Notes: generated by a model not told the origin, from the sequence alone. DNA of 64,000 bases from Piromyces finnis finn (GCA_002104945.1 MCFH01000071.1:124001-188000); one strand, 5' to 3'; positions 17,826 to 34,154 are shown, counted from the stretch's first letter. Made by a program: numbers and translations.

Positions 17826-19523
17826 TTAAATTTACCACAATTTTCTTCATTCTTAAAATTTTTTATGGCATGAATGTTGGGTAAATATTATTTTTAATAA
17901 TGAAAATTATGAATACTTTTTTTTTTTTTACTTTTTTTCCATTTAAAAGTAAAACTTAACACTAAACACTTATAATCTAATTAAATAAACAAAATAAAAA
18001 GGTTTATCTTTATGTCTGGATAAGTACTCAGTGTATTCAATGTAATATTAAATCTTATGATATACAAAGTGAACTCTACTAATCTATTTCTCATAAACAA
18101 TAGTAGAACTATAGTATACAAGGTTATTTTATTTACCTATTGCAACATTTTTTCATTGACTTTATAAAATCAATATCTTAAAAAAATTAAAAGATAAATC
18201 AGTAATAATAATGACAAGAAATCATTACAAAATAAAATGACAGAAATATTCTATTTTAATCTTTTCTAAAGAATAAAAATATATAAATGGATTAAAGGTG
18301 GCTTTCAATCTTTTTTATTATACAATAGTTCTTTTCATTATAAAGCTCTTTCATCCTTTCAATTACAAAAGTCCTTTATTCATAAATGTTCTTTCATTAC
18401 AAAAGTTTTTTTCTTTACAACACTCCTCTTTAACCTTTTGACATTTAATCCCTTGGTAATTATTTAATTTATTCACTTAATTTAATATTGGTTAGTAAAT
18501 GAATGAATAATATATAATTTAAATAAAGGATTAATTAGTTTAAATTATATATTCCATTTTATTGGAATTTTCATATGACATTCAACACTTCTACCCATCC
18601 ATAAATTTATTTAAAATGGATATTTATTCATTTAATTAGTATAGGATATTTATTTAATATATATTATTTCTATGCATTTATTTTATGGTAGACTTTTTGT
18701 TATTACTAATACGATTTTTAATATAAATATATTACATTCTATGCATATATTAAATATATATTAATATATAAAATTTAAATTGACAATAAATCTCTAAAAC
18801 CTATTTTGTATATATTAGGAGTATAATGATAATATATGTTAATATACAATATCAATATAATTTGATTGGTTAAAATTGGTTTTTATTTAATTTCTATTTT
18901 TAAATAAAATTTAAATTTTTAATTTTTATTAGTTTGATAAATGAATAGAATTTATTTGTAATATATTCTAATATGTTATTTATTATATTGTAACATATAT
19001 TATCTAATATAGATCGTTTTCTCAAAAAAAAAAAAAAAATCCAGAAAAAAAGAAATTAAAAAAAAAAAATTTTTATTTATTACTTTATTACGAATTTTTT
19101 TTTTTTATATTTAAATCTGTAAAGATTAAAAAAAAAAAAAAAGTGACCATTCAAACAGGAAATTGAACGAATGAACCTTTAAAAAAAAAAGATTTTTATT
19201 ATAAAATTCTTTAATTTTTTTTGATATTTTTAATAAGAAAAGTTTAAATTTTAAAATAAATTTTTAACAAATTTTTAATAAAAAAAATACCCAAACGAAA
19301 CTTGGAAATATCAAAAAAAAATAAAGAAAAAGGAAACCTTTCTTTTTTACCATAGTACGAATAAATAAAATAAAAATTAAAAAAAAAAGGAAACTATTTA
19401 TCTTTAAAAAAAAAAAGGAAATAAAAATTCATTTTTAAATTAACAACTGAATAGTAACAAAAAAAAAAAAAGCATACACAACCAATTTTTTATTTATTTT
19501 TCATAATATAATAAATATAAAAA

Positions 19524-20212
19524 ATGAAAATTTTCGAAATTGTACACAAGATTCCACACCCATGGTCTCAAGTTACTGAAGCTCACTGGGAAAAATATCC
19601 AAATGATCACTCTGCACATATTGTTAGTGTAGATACTATTAATAGATATGTTGATGAAAATGGTATACTTCACTCTGAAAGATTATTATCAGGAAAACAA
19701 AAGATTCCAAGAATTTTACAAAAAATCTTTAATAGTTCTGATGTTGCTTATTTCCATGAAGTTTCAACTCTTGACCCAAAAACTAATGTTTTACACGCTG
19801 AAACTGTCAACTTATCTTTTTCTAATTTAATCTTAATTGAAGAAGGATTAACCCTTAAAAAGAATCCAGAAGATCCAGAAAACAATACTTTATTTATTCA
19901 ACAAGCTAAAATTTCTGCTAAAGGTGTCTTATCTGGTATTGCAAAATATACTGAAGAATTTACAGGTAAACATAAAGAAATGACTCTAAAAAAAAAATCA
20001 TTCCTATATATTAATATATTAATAAATTGATTCTCTATATAATAATCTCAATTGTTAAAAATTTATATTCATTATTAATATAAATATATAATTATATTTT
20101 TAAATGTATAGTTAAAACTTTCAAAGCCAATGCTGCCAATGGACGTAAAGGTTTAGAACAAGTTATTGACAGAATTAGAATGAGAGAGCAAAAGGCTATG
20201 CCAATTAATTAA
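19524..20212 (+). CDS. PRELI/MSF1-domain mitochondrial lipid transfer protein (Ups2/PRELID3-like); 2 exons (19524-19965, 20112-20212)
   Basis: MKIFEIVHKIPHPWSQVTEAHWEKYPN...VSVDTINRYVDENGILHSERLL is typical of PRELI. Splicing gives the family C-terminus FKANAANGRKGLEQVI. Confidence 0.9.
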
Positions 20213-21481
20213 ATGGGGAAATAAAAAAAAATAAAAATAAATAAAAATAAAACGTTAAATGAAATGATAAAAAGGGGAAAAAATGAAAATAAAAACGAAA
20301 TAAAAAAAAAAACGCAATTCCATAATTAAAACCTATCTATAAAAATATAAATAAAAAAAATACACACACACACTTACACATAATACATAGAAATAAATTT
20401 TTACTTTTTTTATTTACTAAGAAAAAAAAATACAATTAGAATATATCAGTTTTTTTTAAAAAAGTTAGTCAACTCCATTATTTATTTTATTCTTTACGAA
20501 ATCTATTTAAAATCTATTATATCTCTACTATTACTACTACCACTACTACTATTAAATATACTAATAGCAAGGAATAATATGATAAAAAAAATTTTAAACT
20601 TTTTTTAAAAAAAAAAATAAATAAAAAAAGAAATATTTATCAATAATATTTCTAAATGATTCCTTTTTTTTTATTATTATTAATTTTTGCTTATTTATTT
20701 ACAAAAAGTGTTTCTAAACAGAAAAATAATAATAGAAACTCTTAAAAAAAAATATGAAATATTCATAGAGTACTATTATTACAATATATATATATAAAAA
20801 AGGTAATTTTTGAAATTAAATTTATTTTTATTGAAAGGAAAGCAAGAAAGTTGGAAAAAGTTTTCTTTTTTTATAAATATCAGAATGGGATGTTTAAAAT
20901 AGTTTATACTTAAAAATACTTTTTTTTTTTTTTAATAACTACTATTTCTTATTATTACTATTCTTTGAATAAGATTTTATTTTCATCTAATAAAAAAGTG
21001 GGAAAAGATATATAAGAAAGATAATAGTGAGAGAATCGGATTAGAATAAAATAAAAATAATAATAGTAATGACAATAACAATAGGTAATGAAATAATAAT
21101 AAAAATATATAAATAATTGATTGAATTTTGCATAATTCTTTAATAAGCATCAACATTTTTTTATTTTATAAAAAAGAAATTCAAGTTTTTGATTTTATTA
21201 TTATACTTTTTAATTATTATAGGTATATTACTTTTTTTTTTTAAATAGGATTTATTATTTTTATTATTGTTAATTATTTCCTATGCTATGTTTGTTAAAT
21301 TAAATTTAAATGCTATATAAGAATATTGTGGTTATAAATTATTGAGATTTTGAGTTTTTTTTTTTATTTTTTTTTTTTTTTTTTTATTTTATCATCATAT
21401 TATTTATTTTTATTTGGAAAAGGTTTTCAAAGAGAAAACAAAAAATAAAAAAAAAAAAAAACTTTTTTTTCAATGATTACA

Positions 21482-22129
21482 TTAAACGATTTTTGCGGAT
21501 TCTAAATAACCATTAGAATGGTTAAAAGATGAAGAATGTAAAGATTCTGTATCGGCAGATGGTGTTGAATTGAATTCTCGTGATGAAAGACGACTCATTA
21601 TTTTATGAATACCATTCATATCTATTGAAATTGATAATTTTTCAAAAACTTTATTTATTTTTTCCTGTTCATTCTTTAAAAATGATTTACCAGAAGAGGA
21701 GGATTCAGGAGGAGTATGAATGCCATATTCTTGAGCTTTATACCCATCATAGTTATCATAGGAACATGAAGGTGGATAATTATTATTTGAATTGGAATTA
21801 CGATAGAGTTTTTTCATCAGATCTTTTTTATCATGCCCATGAATGATGGTATCATCGGTTGAATAGGAGTGAATAGGACAATTATTATTATTATTATCAA
21901 AACATCCCACTGAATAGCTTTTTTGTATATTACCATTATTGTTATTATTATTAATAGTAGTGGTGGTGGTGGTGGTGATGGTGGTAGTAGTGGTAGTAGT
22001 ATTAGCATTATTGGTATCGGTATTATTATTGTTGTTGTTGTTGTTGTTGTTGGATAAAGGTATATTTTCTTTTTTTATTATTGATAGAAAACATATATAA
22101 AATAAATTTATTCATTATACAAAATTCCA

Positions 22130-22160
<31 letters not shown>

Positions 22161-23259
22161 GTAATTCAAATAAAAAAAAGTATTATTATAATAGATAAAA
22201 AAAACAGTTTTTTTTTATAATAATTAGTATAGAATATCATTATTAGTACTATTATATAGTTAGTTTATTACTTACTTTTAATATCATTATTAGGATCATA
22301 AGTTGGAATGTTTTGATATACTTCTAATTGTGATTTAATAAGTAAAGGAAGACTAATATTACTTTTATTAACTGTATCCATGATTGTTTTATCAAAATTT
22401 TCAAAAAATTCATTCAAGGAAGATATTTCAGAGGTAGATTGCTTAAATTCTTTTCTAAGGGAAGATGAGCGAGAACTTAAAGAATTGCCTTGGTCAAATA
22501 TGATACTTGAACTAGGTGATCCTGTTGAATAATTATTTATGGAATTTGAATTATGAGTCGTCGTCGTCGTCGTATTAATAATAGAATTATGCTGACTATT
22601 TCCATTATTATAATATGTATTTGAATTATTTGGAATAGTTGTAATATTTATGTCTACTCATATATATTTTTTATAAATTCATAAAATATTCATGATCATC
22701 ATTTTAATTGAAAGCAAAATATATATATAAAATAATAATAAAATAATATAATAATAAAAACATAATATATACAAAATATAGATATAAATAATATATAGAT
22801 ATGAATAGATAAATGGAATAATAGGTTATTAGTAGCAATAATAATTTAAATAATATAAAAAAGTTGATAATTATTAGTACAATCTTTTTTAATGTTTATG
22901 TTTTAATAATAAAAAAAAATCAAATTAACATTATCAAAAGATTAAAAAATGATATATATATTATGATATATTATTGTATATTTCATATTTTCTTTTATCC
23001 TTTTACAATTAATCCAATTGTTTTTCATTAAAAATAGTTTTCTAATTTTTTTTATATAAATATGTAATAATAACTTACTTTTGTGATTCTCTTTTGGTGA
23101 AAGGATATCATTCTTTTCTGGAATTAAAATCTTGTCCATACATAAAAGTACATCTTTACTATATATTTTATTAACTTTTTTTATCTTTGCAATTGAAACA
23201 TTATACCGTAATGAAATGCCTTCTAAAGTATCAGTTTTTTTTACTTCATGAGTTATCAT
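21482..23259 (-). CDS. LysM-domain protein (LysMD-like), N-terminal LysM plus a low-complexity remainder; 3 exons (23259-23079, 22653-22276, 22068-21482)
   Basis: HEVKKTDTLEGISLRYNVSIAKIKKVNKIYSKDVLLCMDKILIP matches the LysM consensus. The GT..AG junctions keep an open frame to the stop at 21482. Confidence 0.78.
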
Positions 23260-24919
23260 TTTTTATATTATTTCTTTTTTTTTATATGTATATATATAAA
23301 TAAATATATTAATAGATAAATATAATATTACGTTATAAGAGTTTGAATTTTTTTTTTTTTCTTTCCTTCTTTTGTAATATCCCTCTTTTTTTTTCTTTCA
23401 CTTTTATTATTTTTTAAAATAAAAATTAAAAAGATCCTGTTTTTAACTGTGAATGATATAAATAAATAAGTGTTTTTCAATGAAGAGTTTTAATAATGTT
23501 TTCTTTAATAGAATTTAAAATAATAAAATATAATATACTGATGATGATTTATAATTTATATATATATTTATGTATAAATTGTTTGTTTGTTTTTTTAAAA
23601 AAAAAACTGTAAAATGATATATTATATTATTGCTTCTTTATTTTTGACATGAAACAAATTGGTATAATACTACCTAATAAGTTGGAACTATTTAGATTGC
23701 AAAAAAAAAAAAAAAAAAAAAAAAAAAAGAAAAAAATAATTACAAGGTAATAATTTGAATCAATCAAATTTTTTTTGATTTGAAAAAAGTATATATATAC
23801 TATGTATATATTATATATAACTTTTTTTATGTCTCAATTTTATTCCCAGATATAATACTACTACTTTTTATCCAGAAGAAAAAAAAGAAAAAAGAAAAAA
23901 AAGAAATTAAAATAGAAAAAAATATTTAATATTTATACTTTAAAAAAAGCATTTATTATTTAAATAGTTTAACTCTATTATTCAAATAAACAATAATGAT
24001 ATTTTATTTAAAAAAAATATTATTCTAATATCTAATAATGTTTAATAGGATCATTATTATTATTCTTATTATTTATATATATTATATTTATAATACTTTT
24101 AAAAAAAAAAAACTAATTAACTTTTAATAAATTATAATACTAATAAATTAAATATGAATTTATGTATCTTTATATGAAAATTAAAGGTTTTTTAAATAAA
24201 AGCATTGGTTATTCTAATTCAAATCGACTATTCCATCCACCATTATTTAATATTAACATAATATATTTATAATAAAGTTTCAGCGATTTGAATTTCATAT
24301 GAAATTATTATTTAATTACGAACTGCATGCATGTATTGTAGAAATAGAAATAATAAAAATAATAATTATTATTATAAAATAAGATTTAAATGCTATAAAA
24401 ATTAACAAAATGTATCTCATTTCCTAACATGCTTTTAAAAGTTTTTTTTTTTTTTAAATTGTCTCATTTTTATCCAATTTTTTTATAAATTAAAATTATA
24501 TTAAAAATAAATTTTTTTGGTAGCCAATAAATGAATGAATTTAATCTGTAAAATTCATTTTAAAAAAAAAAAAACTTTTGTTTTTAAACGATGATTACTA
24601 TAATTATTTTATAATTATATATATAATAAATATATAATAAATAAGCATTTCTATTCTAGTTTATGGAAATCCTTTGTATTTATAGAGTATTTTCAAAATA
24701 TTTATTATTGACCTTTTATTATTTATAGCACTCTATATTTTGTGAGGAAAAAAAATATTTATGTATTAATACCATTTATTATAGATGTTATATGTAATAT
24801 TATTTATTAAATATTATTATTACTATTTATTTATATATAAAATTAAAAATAACAATTCTTTTTAAATATATTTATAAAAAAAATATTTATAATAGATCAT
24901 AAAAAAAAAAAAGGTATTA

Positions 24920-25450
<531 letters not shown>

Positions 25451-27021
25451 AATAAAGAGTACATAATACATCATATGTTATTATAAAAACTGTTAGATTT
25501 TTCCTTTTTTTTTAATGTTTTATCTAATTTTTGATTAAAAGCATGATAGATAAAATAAAAAAAAAAAAAAAGAATTATTGTAAATTCAAAATTTCCATTT
25601 TTTAAAAAATTAAATTATTAAAAAAAAAAAAAAAAAAGCTGTCAAAAAAGAAACTATTGCCATATTTTTTTTTATTTTAACTGATATTCAACTAAAACTT
25701 TAAAATAGTTAATTATATATAAATTATAAATTATAAATATGTATATAATTTTTTTCTTTTTTTTAACAAACTTTTTTTTTATAAAATTTTAAAAAGTTTA
25801 AAAAAAAAAAGATGAAAAAAAAAAAAAATTTGATCTACTTAGAAAGGCAAAAAAAAAATATCTAAATATATATTATATAAAATTATACAATACAAACTAT
25901 AATATTTTCCTTTTTATTTAATCATTTGTGTATTTTAATTTTAATACAGTTTAAATATATATAAAAAATAAATAATAATAATAATAATTATTATTATTAT
26001 TATTATTATTATTCTAATTATAAAAATATTATATATATATATATATATATCTTTTATTTTTTTACATATTTCTTTCCCATTTTCAAGAAATTATACAATT
26101 AAATGTTATTAATAGACTTAGAGTTTTTTTTATAACATTAAATGAAAAAAAAAAAAGTTTGATCACACACTCTATTACTTAAATAAATAGCAACAAGTTA
26201 AAATTCTTTGATCCTTAATTAAAAAGAAGGATTAAAGCGTAGTTATTATTATTATTACTGTTAAGTAAAGATATTAAATAATTTAAAAAAAAAAAGAATT
26301 TAAAGATTATTATAGTTAAAATGCCATGATTCAAAAAAAAATAAAAAAAAAAAAAAAACATGTTATTATGGAAGACTTTATTTATTAATAAAAATTTCTA
26401 TAATAAGTGTTAAAGAAAATAAAAAACGATAATAATAATAATTAAAAGTTAATTTTCTCTTTTTTTATTAATTCATTCATTTATTCATTCATTTATATTA
26501 TTAATTCTACTTTAATTTCAGTATCGTTAAAATAAAAAATAAATATTTTAACAGAAATATAAAATAAATTGTTTTTCTTTTTTTTTAAATAGTTAAATTA
26601 TTTTATTTAAAAAAAATTATATACAAAAAAAGATCAAATAAATATAACCCTATTCGTATTTTAAAACTCTTTTTTTTTTTTTGAGTTTTCAATATTGATC
26701 CTTATTAATAGATATATTCATAATTATTGATAATTATTGAGATTTTCTTTAGAAAAAAAAATAAAACATAAAATATTTTATGTTACTTTTTTTTCAATCC
26801 ATTGATATTGACTATAGATAATATTATTAAGTAAATTATAATAAAAATATCTAATTAAATTACTTTAACTTGCATAAAAGTTTGTTTGTTTTCATGTTGC
26901 TTTACTCTTTTTTATATATAAAAAAGGTAAAAAAAAAAAAATATTTTCAATAAATAATATAGATATGATGATTATTACATTCATTATGCAATAAGATTTT
27001 TTTAAAAAAAAATTTTTTTAA

Positions 27022-27056
<35 letters not shown>

Positions 27057-27238
27057 ATTTTTTATTATAATGAATAAAGATTTTCTTTAGAAAAAAAAAT
27101 GAATAAATAATTAATAAATTTTTTTTTGCTCTTTTGTTATTTTTCTATCTATTATTTTTTTGTTTGTTTTGTTTCTTTCTTTCTTCTTCTTCTTTTTCTT
27201 CTTAATAATATTAATTATTCCTTTATCCCTCTTTTTTT

Positions 27239-28508
27239 TTAATTAGATTGAGCATCCCATTCATTAATAATATATTGTGAAATAGAAATAAGTCCATCTT
27301 TACTAATATTTTTTTCATCTACTGGACCCATCATACTTAAAAATTCTCTTGCTGAATTAATAAGTTTATGAGCATGATCTGAAAGTTCTTGATGTTTTTC
27401 CCAAGGTTGAACAAATCCATATAAAATTAAATACTTGTAAAGTTTAAAAAGACTACGGTATAATGTTGGATTACATGTTATCTCTAATAACGGTATATTA
27501 CATAATTTACCCATAATATCGTATATTTTTGATTGTTCCAAGGAACGATAAATTCGAATGTATAAATCATTAATCCAATGCCATTTTGTAAGTGTAACCA
27601 TTAATACAATAAGTGTTTCAAAACATTGTTCGATACAATTATAATTTTTTTTAATTTCTAATCTTCTTTGATAATCCAAAGAACGTGATAACTTTTTTTT
27701 TTTTATCAATTAAAATAATTTTAATAAAAATAGTATAAAATGTTAATTTTTTCATTTTGTTTTTATTTTTTGGTTCTAAAGTCTTAAATAAAATGATAAA
27801 TTAAATAATGGATTACTTACATTTAATTCACTTGAACGTGCTCTTCTTGTTCTTCTTCGTAATCCATTATTATTATTGTTGTTGTTGTTGTTTATTTCAT
27901 TAATAATTGGATTGATTTCAATATCTTTTAATGACTTTAAGGATTCAATGATTAATAATTCATAATATCTACAACATCTACATATAACGATATATTAATG
28001 AATATAAAAAGCATATATTATTTGTTAATTCCTATTTTATAGACTTTTTTTTTTTTTAATCATTTTAAATTTCTTTTTTCTAAAAAAAAAAAACTTTATA
28101 ATTATATTTGAATTTAGATATTTAGTTATTCACTAATTATTATTATTGTTATTGATGTTGTTGCTATTGTTGTTGTAATTTATCACCACCATTATAGTTA
28201 CTATTACTATCACTATTTCCATTATTATTACTACTACTAGCTATTGTTGTTGCTATTATTAATAATTTTCATTACCTATTTTTATTGACACAAGAAGTTT
28301 TTTCAAAAATTTTTTGAAGATTGGTTAAGTGTTCTACTGGTATTAATATATTAACAAAATCTTTATATACATTATCCCTTTTTTGTAATATAACCAATTC
28401 TTTCTTTTCAGTGGTATTATCCCCATTACATTCTGTTTCAATATCTAAACTAATATTTTCATCATGATGATTGTCTGTACTCTATTACGAATGAATATGC
28501 ATAGTAAC

Positions 28509-28539
<31 letters not shown>

Positions 28540-28800
28540 TTAATATGAATATGAATATGAATATATATTAATAATATTATCAACTATAAAAAAAGTTTTT
28601 ATGAAAGAATATATACTTACATTAGATAAAATAAATATTAAACAGTGTGAACAAGAACATAAAATGTTAAATTTAACATCATTCTACAATAAATAAAAAG
28701 AATAGTATTAGTATAAAAATATACGCCTATTATAATTGTTTGATTTTTTTGTTTTTCAACAACATAAAAGATAAATTACCTCATTATGAAGAAATTCCAT
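27239..28800 (-). CDS. Uncharacterised protein of ~295 aa; 5 exons (28800-28780, 28683-28621, 28481-28276, 27968-27821, 27691-27239)
   Basis: Canonical gtaat/gtaagt donors and tag/aag acceptors join into one open frame: MEFLHNE-NDVKFNILCSCSHC...-STDNHH...KNR-YYELL...SSELN-LSRSLDYQRR...EWDAQSN. No family was recognised with confidence. Confidence 0.7.
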
Positions 28801-29253
28801 TGTGTAATATAATATTATTTCTATGTATATATATTGTTTCGTGAAAGAATTCAAATTGAAATTTTTACAAATTTCTCAAAGTTTTTTCTTTTTTTTTTTT
28901 TTATTTCTTTATAATTACTTTTTGTAAATAATTATATATTAATTTTTTTATATTTATAGCTTTATAATTTTCTTTTCAAAGTTTTTTTTTTTTTTTCTAT
29001 TATATTTTGAAGTAATAAATTATTTTCTATTAAATTGACAGACGTGGTATTATAGTACTATATACGTATATGTATAATAAAAAAATTATTTATTATCGAA
29101 TTTGAGTAATAATTTATTTTAATATAGTATTTTTTTTCAGGTTGTTGTTGTTGTTGCTATAAAATTTAAATTTGTATTTATATATATTTATGATATATTA
29201 TTTTTACTATATACACTTATATATACTTATATATACGAATAAAGAAAATGTTT

Positions 29254-29284
<31 letters not shown>

Positions 29285-30167
29285 TGAAATGAAATAAGAA
29301 AAAAAATAATTATAAAAAAAACAGTTATGTATAACGATATAATAATATAAAATATTTTATAGAAGATATAATGTATTTATTATAAAAATAGAATATAAAA
29401 AAAATTTTTATATAATGGATAATATGTTGTGTTATAAATTGCTTTTTAAAAATTTAAAAATTTAAAATATTTATTGCTTTCTTTTTTTTATTTTTACTTT
29501 GTTTTTTGTTTTGCTTTTATTTTATTTTGTATTTTTTTATATAATATAAATATGCGTTTTAACTTTTTTTTTTACGTTCAAAAATATTTATTTGAAATTT
29601 TGATTTTGAAATTTGAATTTAATTGAATTTTAATTCAAAAGAAATAGTTTTTAACTTTTTTAAAAAATATATATATATATATATTTGCTTAATAGTGCTT
29701 AATAGTGCTATATTATTATTAGTTTTATTTTGGTTGGTTGGTTTTAAAATAGGTTTTCGTTTTATAATTTAAAGTCTATTTACATTGACATTTATATAAT
29801 AACAATGACTATTTAATATAAAAAGAAAGTTTTTTCTTTTTTTTTTAATTATTATTTGTAAATGAATATATTTAAATATGGTATAAAAACTCTTTTTTTT
29901 TATTAGAAATATGTTATTTTCATATTAATAAAATAAATAATATTATATATTCATTTTTTTAAATATTATTATTATTGTTGTTGTTGTTGTTGTTGTTGTA
30001 AAAAAAAAAAAAAAAAAAAAAAAAAGGAAAAAACTACCCTATGTCATTTATAATATTTTATTTAGAAATAGTTTTTATATATACATAATAAATTAGATAA
30101 AATAAAATATAATTATAAATATTATATTTTTTATATCAATATATATTTTAATTAATTAAATATTAGG

Positions 30168-30210
<43 letters not shown>

Positions 30211-30222
30211 ATTCATTCCTAC

Positions 30223-30255
<33 letters not shown>

Positions 30256-33118
30256 AATATGGTTTTTCACAAAAAAACTTTAATTTATTAAATTTTTTTT
30301 ATTATAAATAAATATCATAAAAAAAATTATAAAATTATAAAATACCTATACAATTGTTCATTTCATGATAAAGTATTTATTTGCTTTATTATCTCTTTAT
30401 TTGTTTGTTTTATTATTAATGTACTTTATAATTTTAAAGCTTTTTTTTAATCATAAATAAAACTAAAATGGTTGATATTAACAAAATTACTGAATTAATA
30501 TTGAACTTTTTTAAAAAAAAAAAAAAAAAAGTATTTGCATTATAATTTGTGCATAAAAATAAAAAAAAAGAATGGTTTAATTTTAATTAATATAAATGTA
30601 CATCATAATATGTCATTTCATTTTAACATTATTTTTTTGTTTTATTATCATCATGAAGGATTGTTAATGTTTTTAATAATAAACTTTATTATTATTATTT
30701 ACATTTACAATTACATTATCAGTGAAAAAAAAAAAGTTATTTTTAAAATAAATTATTTTTATTCTATAAAGTATATTTATAGTAAAATGTATATATATTG
30801 AAATAGTCATTTTAATTCATCCAAATTTAATTATTTTAATCAGATAGATTAATAAGGCATACAATACCTACACATTCATTCTAAAATACATACACTATAC
30901 CATTTATAATATTTTTAAATAGTATCATGTAGAAAAAAAAAAAATAATAACACAAACTGAATAGTATAGTATGGTAATGCATTAAATTTTATATATTTTT
31001 ATATATTAATTAAATATATATATATATAAATAAATAAATAAATAAAAAATTCTATGATAAATTATGAATAAGTTTATGACAATGTATAATTGAATAACTG
31101 ATAAAAAAAAATAACAATTTAATAAAGAAACAATTTTAGATAAATGAAAAAATCTGAATATTTATTGGCAATAGATTTTTTTTTTTTATATAATACAAAA
31201 TGTAACATTTTCATTATTGAATCAAAGTTTTTATTAATTTTTAATTTATTATTTGATAAAAAAAAAGTACATTTTATTATTATTATTATTAATAGGAATG
31301 CTTTTTATTTGTTGCTACTGCTCTTATTAACTATAGTATGATCTTTTTTAAAAAAAAAAAAAAGTATTAAAGTTTATAGATACATAACATGAAACATTAA
31401 TATTAAGAAAAATTGATATTGTCAAAGTGTATAATAAAAAAATAAAGTTTATTCCCATTTTCCTTTTGTTTAATCTCATTATTATATATATTATATTAAT
31501 TATCTATATAAGATTAATAAAGTTTTCATTGCATAATATAAATCATTTTTCCACTTTTAAAATAAAATTATAATAATCAACATCATTCTATAAAAAAAAA
31601 AAAAAAAAAGACAACAATACAGAAAAAAAAATTCAATAAATAAATACAAAAAATAATTAAATTCTATTGCATTTTACAAAAAAAAAAGGAAACATTGAAG
31701 TTAATAATAAATGAATAAAAAGTTTGATTTTTTTTTTATTCTTATAGCTATAAATCATTATTGATTATGATGTGTATGTTGTAATGATATGATAATAATA
31801 CTTTTCTTTAAACGTTTTATTATCTTATTATAGATATTATTTACAAAAAAAGTAATAATATTCAAATTTTAAATCATTATCAAAATATATAATACATATC
31901 ATTGTATATATAAAATAGTAGATAAATATAAATAGATTGAATAGCACTACCAATTATAAATTATTTAATGGGGGCTTCCTTTTTTTCTTCTATAATTATG
32001 GTTGATTTTAATAATATTCTTGTTAATTATAATGATTTAACAGTATTGGTGATGTTGGTAATGTTGTTATTTTTGATATTATACTAATTTATACCATCTT
32101 TTTTATATCATTTTTCGTTTTTTACTTCATGGCTCATTGTCTTTTTTACCTTTTTGACTTTTTTTTTTTTCATTTATTATTAATTAATTAATTTTTTTAT
32201 TAAATTAAATTTTAATCTATTTTTTAATTTTATCCAAAAAAGGAAAATGTTCAAAAAAATTAAATTTCAATTTAATTGTAATATAATGTATAATGCTATT
32301 AAATTATATTGAGTAATTTAATTATCACTTATTATGATTATACATGGATATATGGATAGAATATATTTTCTTTAATAAATTGCTCCAGTTTTATAAAAAT
32401 ATATTGTAATATATGTTAAATATATACAATTATTATAATTTTAAATATATTAACAATAAATTATAATATATCTTTATTTATTAATTAAAAAGATTTTAAT
32501 TTACAAAAAACAGTTACATGGCAAGCGTTTTCTAATGTCGAGACTAACACTGAAAAGAAAGAAACAAAAAAAAAAAAAGTTGAAATGAAATCAAAAATAG
32601 TAAATATTCAATTATTCTTATTAAATATAAATATGAAGCTACTTGAAAGTCATGTACATAAAGAATATAATACTAATATAATAATATTCAAGTAATTATA
32701 TTTGGCTTTGATTATGCCAAGTATGATTATAATTAATGATAAAATATTTGAAAAAAAAAAAAAAGTGGTTTATTGAATGAATGTTTGTTTTAGAATAAGA
32801 AGAAGGAAAAGTATCAATAAAATTAATGAATTTAAAATTCATAAATATTATCAAAGATTTTTGTTTTATTTTACTTTACTCTTTCATGTTTTTGTATCTA
32901 ACTTTTTAACTTTGCCTTATCAATACAATAGTCAATGGAAAGAAAAAAAAAAAAGATTAATTCATTTTAAATTTATAATAGTAATCTACTTGTTTATAAA
33001 ATGTACAAACAAACAAAAAAAAAAAGAAGAGAAAAGAAAAACTATAAAATAAATATTTTATTTATACAATGTTAAAAAAAAAAAGTATTGATTTTATTTT
33101 AAAGTTTATGTCTGTTGT

Positions 33119-33149
<31 letters not shown>

Positions 33150-33442
33150 AAATAGTATCATTTTTGTTTCTACGAATAAAAATTTGTTTTTTTTTTTTGT
33201 TTTTTTTTTTTTTTTTGTTTTTTATATATGTTTGTTTATTCTTTTTATTTATTTATTTTTTAACGAATGTTCATTAATACTTGTCATTACTATTTTTTAA
33301 TTTTATTAATTATTCCTTTTTTTTTTTTTACCATTAATTTTTAAATCTATGTAATTTTGTATTATATATATATATATATAAAACCATTGATAAAGAATAT
33401 AAAATAAAAAAAAAAAGGTATATTTTTAAGGTAGAATAAGAA

Positions 33443-33473
<31 letters not shown>

Positions 33474-33892
33474 GTATAATTACTACATAAAAGTATATAT
33501 TGAATTTTAATTTAATAAAAGGTTTCATTATTAGGAAAGAAAGAGGGAAAGATAGTTTTTTTTATATATTATAAAATAAAAATATAAAAAAAAAAAAATA
33601 AATAAAAATAAAAATAAAAATAAATTGCCTACTTTATTAAAGCAAATATATAAAATTATATATAATATTCGTGGAAAAGGATGATAAAATAATTTTAGTA
33701 TTTTTTTTTTTGTTGCTGTTGTTGTTGTTATTGATATAATCGTTTTTTTTTTTTTTGTTTGTTTGTTTGTTTGTTTGTTTGTTTGTTTGTTTTTGTTTTT
33801 ATTTTTGTTTTTGTTTTTATTTTTGTTTTGTTTTTATTTTTTCTTTTACTTTTGCTTTTGCTTTTCTTGTTTTTCTTAACAATTTTTTTTTA

Positions 33893-34079
<187 letters not shown>

Positions 34080-34154
34080 TGGTTTTTTGAGCTGTTGTTA
34101 TTGACTGATTATTTGGTATAACAGTTGGTTAATATTTTGAAGCATAAAAAGTTC

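Noticed and set aside
16990-17900. Gene whose intron would contain the minisatellite
   Set aside because: The flanks have short coding-like stretches and GT/AG ends, but the joined frames hit stops quickly. No consistent model could be built.
28900-33700. Hidden genes in the ~5-kb gap (ORF-track hits at 30535, 31144, 32777, 33334)
   Set aside because: These are low-complexity F/I/K/Y-rich translations typical of AT-rich noncoding DNA, with no splice-supported model.
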